IMG/VR virus record: IMGVR_UViG_3300027513_000010
Length of the DNA stretch: 64,000 nucleotides
Direction: 5' to 3' (one strand)
Source: a virus
The notes below the pieces were generated by a model. That model did not search any database. It saw nothing but the letters and a program-made list of their open reading frames with translations, and had not been told where the DNA came from. Positions 26,490 to 37,351 of this stretch are shown one piece after another. The position numbers and the translations under genes are program-made. Every line of letters starts with the position of its first letter. Within the stretch, counting starts at the first letter, position 1.

Positions 26490-28862
26490 GTGCCCCTTCA
26501 AGACACAGACCACGACCCCACCTTCTACCTCGACTCGATAATGGTCGAGCACGATGAGGAATTCAGCCTCCCCCCGAATTCAATCCCGCTCAGTGCCTAC
26601 CCCGCACCGTCCGGCCTCCGGCACACCCTGTATTTTCTAGTTCCCGTCCCGCTCACCGACTCCGACGATTTCGGCTACGAACCACCGGCTGAGGGCACCG
26701 AGTAAAACCGGCTGAAAATGACTCACGCCATACAGCCCTCAGACTCCCAACGAGAATCAAAGATCACGTTCATTCCCCACGCCCCTCAGAACCTCACCCT
26801 CCCCGAGCGGCTTTCCTGGCGTGCTGGCTATCGGGCGGCTCTGAAATTGCTGGCTGGCAACCCAAACGATCCCAACCTCAACTCCAACCCCGCCAACCCC
26901 ACTGGCCTAAACGACCCCGTCTATTGGTGCGCCACTCATCGCTCGACTTCCCCTGACACCGACCGCTGCGACTTCGCCCGCTACCTCCCCCCCGACCAAA
27001 CCCGAGCCGAGCGGGACGCTTGCAAACTCAGCCCTGCCGCAGTTGTCACAGCCGCCTTGGAGACCCCACCCTGGCGACAACCCTGAAAGGAACCCCCACC
27101 CCATGACCCCCGAACCCAACCCCGTCAACGAGAACGACCTTGCCGCCATGATTGCGGCGATGGATCAAATGACCGCGGTGATGCGGGACACCTTCGTACC
27201 CGGCATCGTTGCCATCGAGAAGCGAATCAAAGAGCAGGGCGGCTCGGCACAACTGGCCCGAGAGTTCGCCCTCAGCTACGGCAACCGCCTCATGGACGTA
27301 GCCAAGATCGGAACCCCAACCAACTCAGACCCCCAATGAGAATCGGATGGACAACCATCATCTCTGGCGCAAACGCCGTCGAAATCAAAGAGGCGGCACA
27401 AGCGGCCTGGGACGATTTCTGCGGCCCCGACCTTCCCTACTTCCATGACCGTGACAAATCCAAAGCCCCGCTCCGTTACCGCTCCCACATCGAGGTCAAC
27501 GTCGATGCCTCGGTAGCCACCGGCTCGGGAAAGATTCTCAGCTACGAAGGCACCGCGAGGGGATGGGTCGAGCTTCCATGAAAAACCCCAAGCTCGTTCT
27601 CGACACCGAGGCCTGCATCTTCGGATGGGGGCCGTGCCCCGAGGCTTACGGGTTCTCCCATGCCTGCCGCCGCCCCGCCCACCATCCCGGTGACCATTAC
27701 TGCGCCACATGTGGTGCTCGGGCGAAAGAGCCGGTGAAAGAGCCGGTGAAAAAGTGAAGCTCCGACCACGGCTCAAGTTTCGCCACCAAGATCGCAAGCG
27801 CCATCAGCGTCGGATGGCCCAAGCCACCGAGCGCATCGCCTATGGCTACGAGGTCAAGGACGCCAGCCCCATCGAAGGGTTCAACTACATCAGATACGGG
27901 ATCGACGCCCTGGTTCTATGCGGTTGCGACCGGGAGCTTTGGCCTCCAAGTGTCCAAGCGGCTGTGCCCGCAAATACGACTCCATGAAAACCGCCCACGT
28001 CCGCTACCGAGGCCCGACCCAAGACGGCTGGCAAGAGGGAGCCTGCTATGAGGTCTACTTCGATACCGGCGGTAGCGGAGGCCTTTCAAAAACGGTGCGG
28101 ATCGGCACCTACGCCAGCCACAACGATCTGATGGAACACCCCGGCCCGAACCCGATGCGGCTCACCAGCCTGAAACGATTCCTTGAGTGGTTCGATTTCA
28201 CGGACAAGCATTTCAAATGAGTTGGGAAGAGGACTGGAAGACGTTCAAGGCGATGCCGGTCGGGTGGAAGCTGATGGCGAAGGTGACGGGCCTAACCATT
28301 CTCACCGCTTGGATTTTGAATCGGCTCTCGCAATGACTCCCAAGCCCGGCGACACCATCCGCTACACCCTGGAATTCACCGGGGTTGTGGCCCGCATCCG
28401 AGCCTCCCGAGATGGCACCGAGACCTATATTACAGTCCGCAATAATCGCGGCGAGCAGACCATCCTTGCCAGCCAGGTAACCGAGATACTCGACCCCGAG
28501 CCGCCCGAGGCCGACGTGATAGCGGGAGTCCGCTGCCCGGTCTGCCGCCAGCCATCGGGCAAGCCCTGCCTGCACCGGGTTCTCCCCGACAAGGAACTCA
28601 AGCACCCGCACCACGAGCGCATCGCCGAATACATACACGCCACCAATTGGCCGACTCACCCCCACTCCCTCGATTCCGATACGAGATAACTCAAGACCGC
28701 TGGTGCTGGTGCGGACAGCCCGCCGCTCTCTGCATCACCCGTACCGAGACCGGCCCCACCGGGAGGCCGCGCCCCTCGACCGCCGAGACCGTCGAGTACG
28801 TGTGCTCCCCCGACCACGGCACCAGGGCCATCGCCTATCTGACCCGGCAGCCACCAAAATGA
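26490..28862 (+). other. Cluster of about ten small early-type hypothetical genes
   Basis: 26490-26705, 26718-27086, 27103-27339, 27336-27581, 27578-27757, 27754-27987, 27984-28220, 28217-28336, 28333-28689, about 28647-28862; mostly ATGA/GTGA-coupled. Confidence 0.65.
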
Positions 28863-28863
28863 T

Positions 28864-28891
28864 TTGCATAGGAATTGCATTCTGATATAAT
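28864..28891 (+). promoter_or_regulatory. Promoter TTGCAT-N16-TATAAT, leaderless
   Basis: Followed by TCAGCCC-ATG, like the helicase promoter (TCAGCCCA-ATG). Confidence 0.8.
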
Positions 28892-28898
28892 TCAGCCC

Positions 28899-29978
28899 AT
28901 GACCGAGACAAGACCCTCTCTAGTAGACAAGGCGCTGGACGCACACACCGGCACCGTTGAGTTGATGCGCTCACCCAAAGGCCACGCTCTGGCCGAAGCC
29001 CTGCTCAACCGGAAGAGCCGCACGCATGGCCGGGTCGCCAATGTCTACGGGCCTGACCCCGAGAACGAGCTTGCCTCGACTCTGAGCATTGCGCCCACCT
29101 ACGCCGTCACCAACCACATGCTCACCATCATCGAGCATGGTTGGGCGGAATTGTCCAGCCGTGAAAAAGAGACTGCCCGGCCCCTCGACCTTGACTGGCT
29201 CCCAAGCCCGAACGGGTACGTGCTTTTTGAACGGCCTGTCGAGATGCCGACCACGGCCCCGCTCTACAACTCCGAAGACGACAAGCCTCTGAGCCGTCCG
29301 GTGGCCGGGGTGTTTTGGTTCACCGGCCCCATCCTCACCTATCGGTACGCCTCGGTCTTTGAGGCGCAACTTGCCGAGCAGACCACTCCCGACAAAGCCC
29401 CGCCGCCCGTCGAGGCAGTGACCAAGCAGGGGGTGATGCTCGGGCTGATCGTGCACAAAGACCACGCCTTCACCGAGGGAGCCGATCTGACCGGGGCCGC
29501 TGAGTATTGGCCCTTCGATGTAACCGGCTGGTCGGAAGGCTCGCCCTGGAAAGAGGTCAGCTACGAAGAGTGGCAAGAGTCGTTGCTCGCCAGCGGCAAG
29601 GCCACCCCTGCGGGTTCGGCCTGGCGCTGGTTCATGGTGGCGATGTGGGCGATGATGACCGACCGGGTGACCCTCACCCCGGCAAGCCGTCACTCCCGCC
29701 GACGTGCGGGCCGGGTTCTCGGCACGCCAGCCGAAGAGGTCTCCAAGGTTCGGGTGGTCACGCTGCGTCGGGAGAACCCCAACCCCTCTGTCACCGGCGA
29801 AGAGTCCACCGGCGGTTTTGAATACGACCATCGCTTCCTTGTCTCGGGGCACTGGCGCTGGCAACCGCATGGCCGGGGCCGGAACAAGGTGAAGCTGATC
29901 TGGATTGCGCCCTACGTGAAGGGGCCGGAGCACAAGCCCCTCATCATCAAAGACACTGTGCATCTTCTCAAGCGATGA
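28899..29978 (+). CDS. Conserved actinophage hypothetical protein
   Basis: C-terminal HRFLVSGHWRWQPHG...IWIAPYVKGP motif; start reassigned to 28899. Confidence 0.75.
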   Translation: MTETRPSLVDKALDAHTGTVELMRSPKGHALAEALLNRKSRTHGRVANVYGPDPENELASTLSIAPTYAVTNHMLTIIEHGWAELSSREKETARPLDLDWLPSPNGYVLFERPVEMPTTAPLYNSEDDKPLSRPVAGVFWFTGPILTYRYASVFEAQLAEQTTPDKAPPPVEAVTKQGVMLGLIVHKDHAFTEGADLTGAAEYWPFDVTGWSEGSPWKEVSYEEWQESLLASGKATPAGSAWRWFMVAMWAMMTDRVTLTPASRHSRRRAGRVLGTPAEEVSKVRVVTLRRENPNPSVTGEESTGGFEYDHRFLVSGHWRWQPHGRGRNKVKLIWIAPYVKGPEHKPLIIKDTVHLLKR

Positions 29979-30343
29979 GCGAGCACTTCCGACCCGTTGG
30001 CACCCGAACCGATATTCGGGTTCTGGCGCAGGGCTATTGGTGCGCCCGCTGTGGCGAGGGCGGCATGGGCATGTACGCACATCACGGCGGCAAGCCTTGT
30101 GTCCCGAATCCTGAGCTTGTTCACCGGCTCGCCATCGTCAATAGTCCGACGTGGGAAAAGGACGTTAAGAGCACCCGAACAATTATCTGTCAGTGCGATT
30201 GTGGTTGCGAGCCGTGCGACCCCGACCTTGCGCTGGACGATCCCGAGCAGTGGCATTCCGAGCCTCGTTGCGCCTGCCGGGGTCTCAACTGTGGGTGCGT
30301 CGTGGCTTGCGGCTGTATTGACGCATTCACGGAAATGGATTGA
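29975..30343 (+). CDS. Cys-rich hypothetical protein
   Basis: WCARC...CQCDCGCEPC...CACRGLNCGCVVACGC. Confidence 0.55.
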   Translation: MSEHFRPVGTRTDIRVLAQGYWCARCGEGGMGMYAHHGGKPCVPNPELVHRLAIVNSPTWEKDVKSTRTIICQCDCGCEPCDPDLALDDPEQWHSEPRCACRGLNCGCVVACGCIDAFTEMD

Positions 30344-30344
30344 C

Positions 30345-30372
30345 TTGCGTAAGATTTACACCGATGTATAAT
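30345..30372 (+). promoter_or_regulatory. Promoter TTGCGT-N16-TATAAT
   Basis: Shares ACCGATGTATAAT with the 16810 and 42916 promoters. Confidence 0.8.
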
Positions 30373-30394
30373 CAAGGGTATTGACAAGACCAAT

Positions 30395-30540
30395 CGGTGA
30401 GTGAGCGAGAGGCCTGGTGGACTTAGGCGGATGGTTCCGCCCTCTTGGAGCTATTGCGGCTACTTGAGCTTCCAGCCTGTGGGCCAGGGAAGGGGTTCGA
30501 TCCCCGCCACATCGCAATCGGGCCTCTCGCCCACTCACCG
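30395..30540 (+). ncRNA. tRNA-like structured RNA closed by a 20-bp stem
   Basis: CGGTGAGTGAGCGAGAGGCC/GGCCTCTCGCCCACTCACCG (19/20); four inner hairpins including GGGG-TTCGAT-CCCC. Confidence 0.65.
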
Positions 30541-30576
30541 GATGGACAGACACAGACAAGAAAGAGAGGAACGCTT

Positions 30577-32817
30577 ATGGCGATCACATCGACATCGACC
30601 ATGAAAACCGAAGACGGTTCGACGGTCGTGATAGAGCACGAGTGGGGTAACACAACAACCCTCACCCTGATCGACCGACTCGGGGCTGAGGTTGGGGTAA
30701 CCCTGACCAATGAAGAGGTCGAGCTTCTGCGTGAGGAATTGCGATGAAGACGAAGACCCCGTCCATGACCCGGCAGGACTTCCAGTTCATCGCCGAAATC
30801 CTGGCCTCGGCTTCGGCTACGGCCCGGCTCGGAGACCGGCAGACTGATTACGCCAAGGGCAATGACGACATGATGGAGATTGTCGTGCAGACCTTCGCTC
30901 ATCGGTTGGCCGAGACCAATCCCCAATTCGACCGTGACCGATTCTTGGTCGCAGCGGGGCAGGTGTTGCCATGACCACTAAGCGAATCACATCGGAAGAG
31001 CTTGCCGCCGTCCCTGGTGTCAGGGGCGAGTGGATAGCCATTCTGGAATCGCATGATCGGGCGTACGGCAAGCTCTCTTGGTACAAGGTCAGCCCCGGCG
31101 CACATGTCAGTGCTCCTACCAAGGAAGAGGCCATCGAGAAGTTGCTTTCAAAAGTAGCTTCGATGCGAGGCGAATATTTCCACAAGAGAATGCGGCGGGC
31201 CAAGGGAGTGCGGGTTATGACCACCTTCGTTCCCACGCACCCGGCCTTTGCGCCGGACAACGCAGCGACCAAGCGGGCGATGGAATTCAAAAAGGGTTTG
31301 GAATGAGATGGGGCGTAAACCTCCCCGGCCCGTTCTTCGTCGTCACTGGCGGGAAGCGCCGGAAGCGGAAGATCGATACCAGCACGCCGCAGGGTCTCAC
31401 CGTCAAGGCGTTGTGGTGGGTCGCCGTCTGGCTGCTCGCCACCGTGATTGCGCCGGTGCCGATGCTGATACTCACCGCCTTCATTGTGGTCTTTGGGGTG
31501 ATACCCGCTCGGTGGGGCATCCGGTATTTCAACCGGAAATACGGCCCCGACGAAGAGGCTGAGGAAGAGGCTCGCAAGTTGGAGCGGGACAACGCATGAG
31601 CGCCGAGCTACATCACGGCGAGCTAGAGGTTGTCCTGCGCGATCAGAACGACAACATCGGATACGGGCACGCACAGCCGACGATGGACGATGTCTTGGCC
31701 TGGTTGGGAGAAGAACCCGACGTGATCGGTATGTATTGGTGTGAAATTCACGCCAATCTCATTGAGTGTGAGCCTGGATGCACCGAAGAGATGAAGCCGG
31801 TTCTGATAGTGCCGTTCAACACCGGAGGGGAAGAGGAAGAGTGAGTTGGCAGGACGAATTCAAAAACGCCGTCGCTCAGTACGTCATTGAGCGAGGCATG
31901 GTTACCAATCCACCTTCCTCAGAGTTTGATTGGGGCAACTATTACGGCGGGCCGTACGACTTCGATGCCACCTACCACTTGCGCGGTGACACGCGCCGGG
32001 GTGAGGGCGGATGCGAGGTTTCTCAATGGAGTGATATTCAGGAAGAGCAATGGCGGCAATTCAGCGGCACCTTCGATGATGGTGATGGTCAGCGCTACGG
32101 AATCAGTATCAAGTTCTCGTGCAAGTGCGGGAAGCTGAAAGACCGGAGGTTGCTCACCGAGGATCGATTCGGGGAAGTGCTCCGAGCGCTGGTGGGAATT
32201 GAGACAAGGACATGATATGAAAAAGAGATTCAAAGTGTGGGGGCCGACCGGCTCCAAGATGGCTTGCGTTGATGCTGACAACGAGGCTGATGCAGTCAAG
32301 ATCGCATGCAAGCAAGAGCATGGCTTGGGCATCGTTGATGGTGACGTGCTCACCGTCCAGGCCGAGGAACCGAAGTTGCGGTTCAGGGTCAATATGACCG
32401 TGACCGGAGTGAGCATGGTTCGGGGCGCAGGCGATTTTCAGAACGAAAACATCGAGTTGACCACCGACAAAATTCCGCCGCATGTGCGCCCCGGCGATAC
32501 CACCGGCAAGGCTTCCGACGAGCAGAGGTACCCACCCCATGACCGCTAAGAAACTTTGGTGGTGTGACTATCACAAGTCTGTAGGACGATTGGGGTACCG
32601 CACCAACCTTGAGGGGTTCAAATCCTGCGAGAAGAATTACATCGCCATGCTGGAAGGAAGTCTGGACTCAGAGCGGTGCCAGATGGTCGTGTGTTATGTG
32701 GTCAGTGCTGATGAGGCTGAAAGACACGATGATGTAGTGGTGCAATTCGTGGTTGACGGCAACGTGATATACGACCGAGTTCGGGGCGATTATCTAATGG
32801 CGAAAATCGATGTCTGA
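30577..32817 (+). other. Run of small hypothetical genes
   Basis: 30577-30747, 30744-30974, 30971-31306, 31303-31599 (TM), 31596-31844, 31841-32215, 32217-32549, 32539-32817; translationally coupled. Confidence 0.7.
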
Positions 32818-33223
32818 GAAAGTACGACCTTCGCCTTGTGAAAGCTGCCCGTATCGGATGGACGTTCCTTCCGGTGTGTGGGGCGCTCACGAATACGAGA
32901 AGCTGCGGGACTACGACCACCCGACCGGCGGTCAGCCTTTCGCTCCGTTCGCTTGCCACGCATCTCCCGAGGCGCTCTGCCACGGATGGGTTGCGGTGCA
33001 CATGAACCGGGGTCACGAGAACGAGCTATTGGCGTTGCGGATCAAACCGGCAGACCCCAAGCAGATACCGGTTCATCGGAATGCCTCGGGTGTCGAGCTT
33101 TTTGAAAGCGGCAATGCGGCGGCAGACCACGGCCAGGCCAACATCGAAGAGCCGACCGAAGAGGCAATTGAGGCACAGAACAGACTCATGCGTAAACACC
33201 CGCGGCTTCGCACCCGCATCTAG
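32810..33223 (+). CDS. DUF6283-like Cys-rich protein
   Basis: PCESCPYRMDVPSGVW...EYEKLRDYD...FACH...LCHGW. Confidence 0.65.
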   Translation: MSEKVRPSPCESCPYRMDVPSGVWGAHEYEKLRDYDHPTGGQPFAPFACHASPEALCHGWVAVHMNRGHENELLALRIKPADPKQIPVHRNASGVELFESGNAAADHGQANIEEPTEEAIEAQNRLMRKHPRLRTRI

Positions 33224-33243
33224 ACACAGACAAGAGGTACCAA

Positions 33244-34185
33244 ATGGCAGACAATGAAAAGACAATCGAGGCTCTCAGCGCGGACGACTGGAAGTCGGTT
33301 CTCGGGGAAGGGATTCATGTCGCCTTCCGCAAGGGGAGCGACCACCCCAAGGCTCACGAGTATTGGGAGTTGATTCGGGATATGCCCAACGAGCTTTGGG
33401 ACGACGTGCTCGGCTACGTCGTTTGGAGCTTGCAATACATGAAGCTGATCGAGGTCTCGGAATGACTGACGACACGATCAGAGACATCGCTGAGTTGATT
33501 CAGGGACTTGCTGTCCCGGTGTCTCTCGGGATGGGTTCGGATGGATTGCTCGGCACTGCTTACGAGCCGTGGCAGCGGCTCTACTCCCGCTTCGGCAGTG
33601 GGTGGTCGAGTGCTGACGAAATCGAAAAGCGACTTCGGGAAAGACTGCGGGTTATCGGGTGAGGCGGAAATTCCGACTCAGGATGGGCCGGTGGTACGTC
33701 CGCTGGACGTGGTACGGCCAGACTCACAACACGACTCATTATTGGCACTTGGCTCTCACCCATTCCAAGTCGAAGGCCAAACGAGACCAGCGGGGGATTG
33801 TATGAAACGACGATTAACAATCAGACCTATCGAGACTGTCAGGGTGAAAGAGCTTTCAGCCGCCGAAGAAATGAAAAACGCTTTGAGCAGCCTCGCCCGC
33901 GACATTGGCGAAGAGGGCACTGACGACGAGAACGACTACACACATGAGCACGACTTCCAAGACGACGGTGATGAGACTCCGCACAGTTGGGGCACGGTAG
34001 ACCCGTTCAAGGGAATGTCGCCGTCCGCGCTCGGGTCTTTCACCGAGCTTTTGCACGACCTTGGATTCGATATGAGCCTGGTCGAATTGGATTCTCATTC
34101 GATTCGGTTCAAGGACACGGCAATGGGTTTCCTGTGGGGCTTCCTTGCCGTTGCTGACGAAGCGGAGGGCTTTGAGGAAGAGTGA
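33244..34185 (+). other. Small hypothetical genes
   Basis: 33244-33465, 33462-33662, about 33659-33805, 33802-34185. Confidence 0.6.
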
Positions 34186-35000
34186 GAAGCGACGTAGCCG
34201 CTGCTACTAAATGTGGGATCGAGGATTGTGGGCACCCCAAGGGTGCTCACCACTACGACTACGACCGTGGCACCTACAGCGGTTGCACGCGTGCCGAGTG
34301 CCGGTGTGTTCGTTATCTCGGGCCTCTAGCGCTCCGAGCGGGTACGGCAACGGAGATGATGGCTGCTTCCGCCCATGCTTCGCACACTCATGCCGTAGCC
34401 AGAACTCCGATGATCTGCACCCGGTGCGAGCACGCTGACAGTTTCCACGTCGGAGGGCCGTGCCAATACATTGTTGAGCCTTACGAGCGGAAATGCGATT
34501 GCCGAATCTTTCTTCCGGTCGCGCCTGCGGGTTGGAAGCCGCCTGCGGGTTGGAAGCCTTGGGAACCCGACGCCGACCCCGACCCCGACAAGCCTTACGG
34601 TGTTGACCTAGTCGAGCTTTCCAAAGCAATAAGTGCAGTTGAAAAGGGGTACCTCACTCGCCAAGCACCGGAGATTGTCGCTGCGGCCAAAGCGTTCTTG
34701 GAATTTCACGAAGCTGCAACGTCCATGTCAAAGGCGGCTAAGAGCCTTAGCCGGGTTTTGGAAACGACTCGCATTGACGATATGGAAAACGAAGACGATT
34801 ATTTTGAGGAAGAATTCCATGCGAAGAAATGTCCTCATGGTGAGACCGGGTTCCATCGATTCTTCGACACTGCCGACGATGGGCGTATCATCACCCGCCG
34901 ATGCAGTGGCCCGCTTGGAGTCACGATCAAAGATGGCGCGGGAACAATCCGAGATGCCATGACGATAATGACCGAAGACGAAGACCTAGAGGAAGAATGA
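34182..35000 (+). CDS. Multi-Cys/His Zn-finger protein
   Basis: CGIEDCGHPKGAH...CTRAECRC; CTRCEHADSFH...CDC; 18-nt tandem duplication at 34523-34558 (PAGWKP x2). Confidence 0.7.
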   Translation: MRSDVAAATKCGIEDCGHPKGAHHYDYDRGTYSGCTRAECRCVRYLGPLALRAGTATEMMAASAHASHTHAVARTPMICTRCEHADSFHVGGPCQYIVEPYERKCDCRIFLPVAPAGWKPPAGWKPWEPDADPDPDKPYGVDLVELSKAISAVEKGYLTRQAPEIVAAAKAFLEFHEAATSMSKAAKSLSRVLETTRIDDMENEDDYFEEEFHAKKCPHGETGFHRFFDTADDGRIITRRCSGPLGVTIKDGAGTIRDAMTIMTEDEDLEEE

Positions 35001-35003
35001 GAC

Positions 35004-35234
35004 ATGTGGATTGAGGTAGTGGATGCGTCCGAGACCTATCGGGGCGATGGAACTTTTGTGGTCAAGCCCAAACATGAAGTCGAGGGCATTGAGCCGCAGA
35101 GCATGATCGTGGACGAGCGGTCGATCAGCCGGGAGCATCCGACATCGGATTGCGGCTGCAAGCACCACGGCGGCGACTGTGAGGAATACGTGCCGAGCAC
35201 CAGCGAGATTCTTGGATTGGGGTATGAGGAATGA
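35004..35234 (+). CDS. Hypothetical protein
   Basis: 76 aa; ATGA overlap with the next gene. Confidence 0.55.
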   Translation: MWIEVVDASETYRGDGTFVVKPKHEVEGIEPQSMIVDERSISREHPTSDCGCKHHGGDCEEYVPSTSEILGLGYEE

Positions 35235-35689
35235 CTTACGACTCGACCGCTGACACCCTGCTTCATTCCCGCCGGGTTGGGGAATTGCTGGTGAGTGTGA
35301 TTGATGCGCTGGCGCATCGAGCGGTGAATCACGATCTTTCAAAAACCAAGTCACCCGAGCTTGAGATGTTCAATGAGTTCACTCCCAAGCTCAAGCACTC
35401 GACTTATGGCTCGGACGAATACAAGGGCTTCCTGGCCGAGATGCAGGAAGGTTTGAAAGTTCACTACGCCAACAATCGGCATCACCCCGAGCACTACCGG
35501 GAAGGCATCTCAGGAATGACCCTGATCGATTTGATCGAGATGCTGGCCGATTGGAAAGCGGCAACCGAGCGCCATGACGACGGTGACATTCAGCGCAGTC
35601 TTGAAATCAATCAAGAGCGTTTTGAAATTGACGACCAGCTACAGGCGATTCTCACCAACACCATCCTTCTGCTCGGGTGGTTTCACTGA
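35231..35689 (+). CDS. DUF5662-like His-rich (HD-like) protein
   Basis: HDLSK...YGSDEYK...HYANNRHHPEH...DLIEMLADWKAA. Confidence 0.7.
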   Translation: MTYDSTADTLLHSRRVGELLVSVIDALAHRAVNHDLSKTKSPELEMFNEFTPKLKHSTYGSDEYKGFLAEMQEGLKVHYANNRHHPEHYREGISGMTLIDLIEMLADWKAATERHDDGDIQRSLEINQERFEIDDQLQAILTNTILLLGWFH

Positions 35690-35970
35690 GCAGCCGAGTG
35701 CGGTTCCAGATCGGCGACCGGGTTCAGATAAAAAAGATCATCGATGGTGAATGGCACGGTGCCGCCACAATTACCGGGGTGTTTAAAACAAGTGTCGATG
35801 GCCCGAGAACCATCGTTTGGTACAACGTTCTGTGGGACGGTGGGAAGATACCCGTAGTGGTTCGTGATGCTCGCTTGAAGTTGATTGAGCGCCGGGTTAC
35901 GGATGCGTATAGGGTGTTGCTTCCGGCAGAGGGAGACAGAGATGGTGCGAGTTCGGAAGCGACCGGTTGA
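35677..35970 (+). CDS. Hypothetical protein, SH3/KOW-like
   Basis: FQIGDRVQIK...GAATITGV...YNVLWD. Confidence 0.5.
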   Translation: MVSLSSRVRFQIGDRVQIKKIIDGEWHGAATITGVFKTSVDGPRTIVWYNVLWDGGKIPVVVRDARLKLIERRVTDAYRVLLPAEGDRDGASSEATG

Positions 35971-36199
35971 GGTCGAGGCGGCGCATTTCGTAGACAACGA
36001 GAGCGTGGCTCGGGTGCGGGAGTTGGGCTGTGACCCCGATGAGATTTATGACTCGGGAGAAATCACCGCCCTCATCATCGAGACCTTGGAGGGGTCGATG
36101 GCGGCGAACCGAGGCGACTGGATCATCAAGGGAGTCCAGGGCGAGTTCTACCCGGTGAAGCCGGACATCTTCGACGCCACCTACGAGCTAGTCGAGTAG
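35942..36199 (+). CDS. Conserved small phage protein
   Basis: RKRPVEVEA...IETLEG...GDWIIKGVQGEFYPVKPDIFDATYE. Confidence 0.75.
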   Translation: MVRVRKRPVEVEAAHFVDNESVARVRELGCDPDEIYDSGEITALIIETLEGSMAANRGDWIIKGVQGEFYPVKPDIFDATYELVE

Positions 36200-36212
36200 C
36201 TACGCTGAGTCC

Positions 36213-36623
36213 ATGACTCAGACTGCCAGACAGAATGCGGCCAGACTCGGACAAGCTGATGTATCCGTTCGTTGTGCCGAGTGCGCCGTCAACTTTGCCA
36301 TTCCATCACCCTTGTCTGATGTGCTCAATGTCAGCGGTGAGACCTTCTACTGCCCGTTCGGACACGCGCAGTATTTCCCGAAGGGGCTATCCGATGTCCA
36401 GATTCAAAAGCGCCGGGCCGACGATTTAGAACGGCAGTTGGCCTCGGCACAGGAAGACGCTCGATCCGAGCGTGCTTCTCACCGGGCGACCAAGGGCCAT
36501 CTCACCCGAGCCAAGGAACGAGCCGCCGCCGGGGTCTGCCCCGAGTGCCATCGCAATTTCGCCCAAGTGAAAAGGCACATGGAGCGAATGCACCCCGACG
36601 CTCTAGCTGAGGCCCGGCCATGA
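36213..36623 (+). CDS. Zn-finger plus coiled-coil protein
   Basis: CAECAV...FYCPFGH...coiled coil...CPECHRNF...HMERMH. Confidence 0.7.
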   Translation: MTQTARQNAARLGQADVSVRCAECAVNFAIPSPLSDVLNVSGETFYCPFGHAQYFPKGLSDVQIQKRRADDLERQLASAQEDARSERASHRATKGHLTRAKERAAAGVCPECHRNFAQVKRHMERMHPDALAEARP

Positions 36624-37351
36624 AGATCAGACGCAAGTGCGTTTTGAAAGGGCACAAATACATCGAGTCGATCAACGGGTATCGGTCTCCGTACCAATTC
36701 TGTGCTCGCTGGTTCTGCGATGGGGCGCAGCCTGATCCTCATTTGGTCGAGATGGGGATTCTCCCGGCTGAAATCCCCGATGAGTGGCGGCGGTAGGTGT
36801 ACGTCAATTGCTCCCTCTCACGGATGGGGCGGGTCGAATCGATTCAAATTTGGCGAACCATCGATGGTGGTTGGGATATTTCATTCGCTGTCGATTGCGA
36901 CATGGATGAGTTGATGCACATATCTCGGGTGTCGCAAACTCACATGTTTCACCAGCCTCAGACGCAGGCAATCGTGGCTAGGGTGCTGGCTGCTTTAGAG
37001 GACTTGGAACAAGATGAGCCTGGAACGTGATTTGGCCGAAATCAAGATCGTCCGAATCCATGACATTTTCATGGAGAACGGTTTCAAGGGTGGGCCGGAT
37101 GAGGCCCGTCGTATCGCTACCGAGATTCTCGACATGATCGAAGAGCTTGAGGCTGAGGCACCCGTAGGAACGTGAGAACGGCGCAAGCGGCACTGGCGGG
37201 ACTCGCCGCTCTCTTGCTTCTGCTCTCGACCATCCTCTTCACCACCGAGACCAACACAGTCTTCGCTAGTGTCTTCGCCATCGCGGGGTTGGTCATAACC
37301 GCCGCCCTAGCGGGCATCATCGTTTACGAAGCGCGGAGGCAAGGGCAATGA
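36620..37351 (+). other. Four small hypothetical genes
   Basis: 36620-36796, 36797-37030, 37014-37175, 37172-37351 (two TM). Confidence 0.55.

Noticed and set aside
28971-30080. 369-aa minus-strand ORF
   Set aside because: Fully antisense to the promoter-driven 28899-29978 gene; typical high-GC shadow ORF
30395-30540. Canonical tRNA gene
   Set aside because: The T-stem has only 3-4 bp, and there is no 7-nt anticodon loop in register and no 7-bp acceptor stem; kept as tRNA-like ncRNA only
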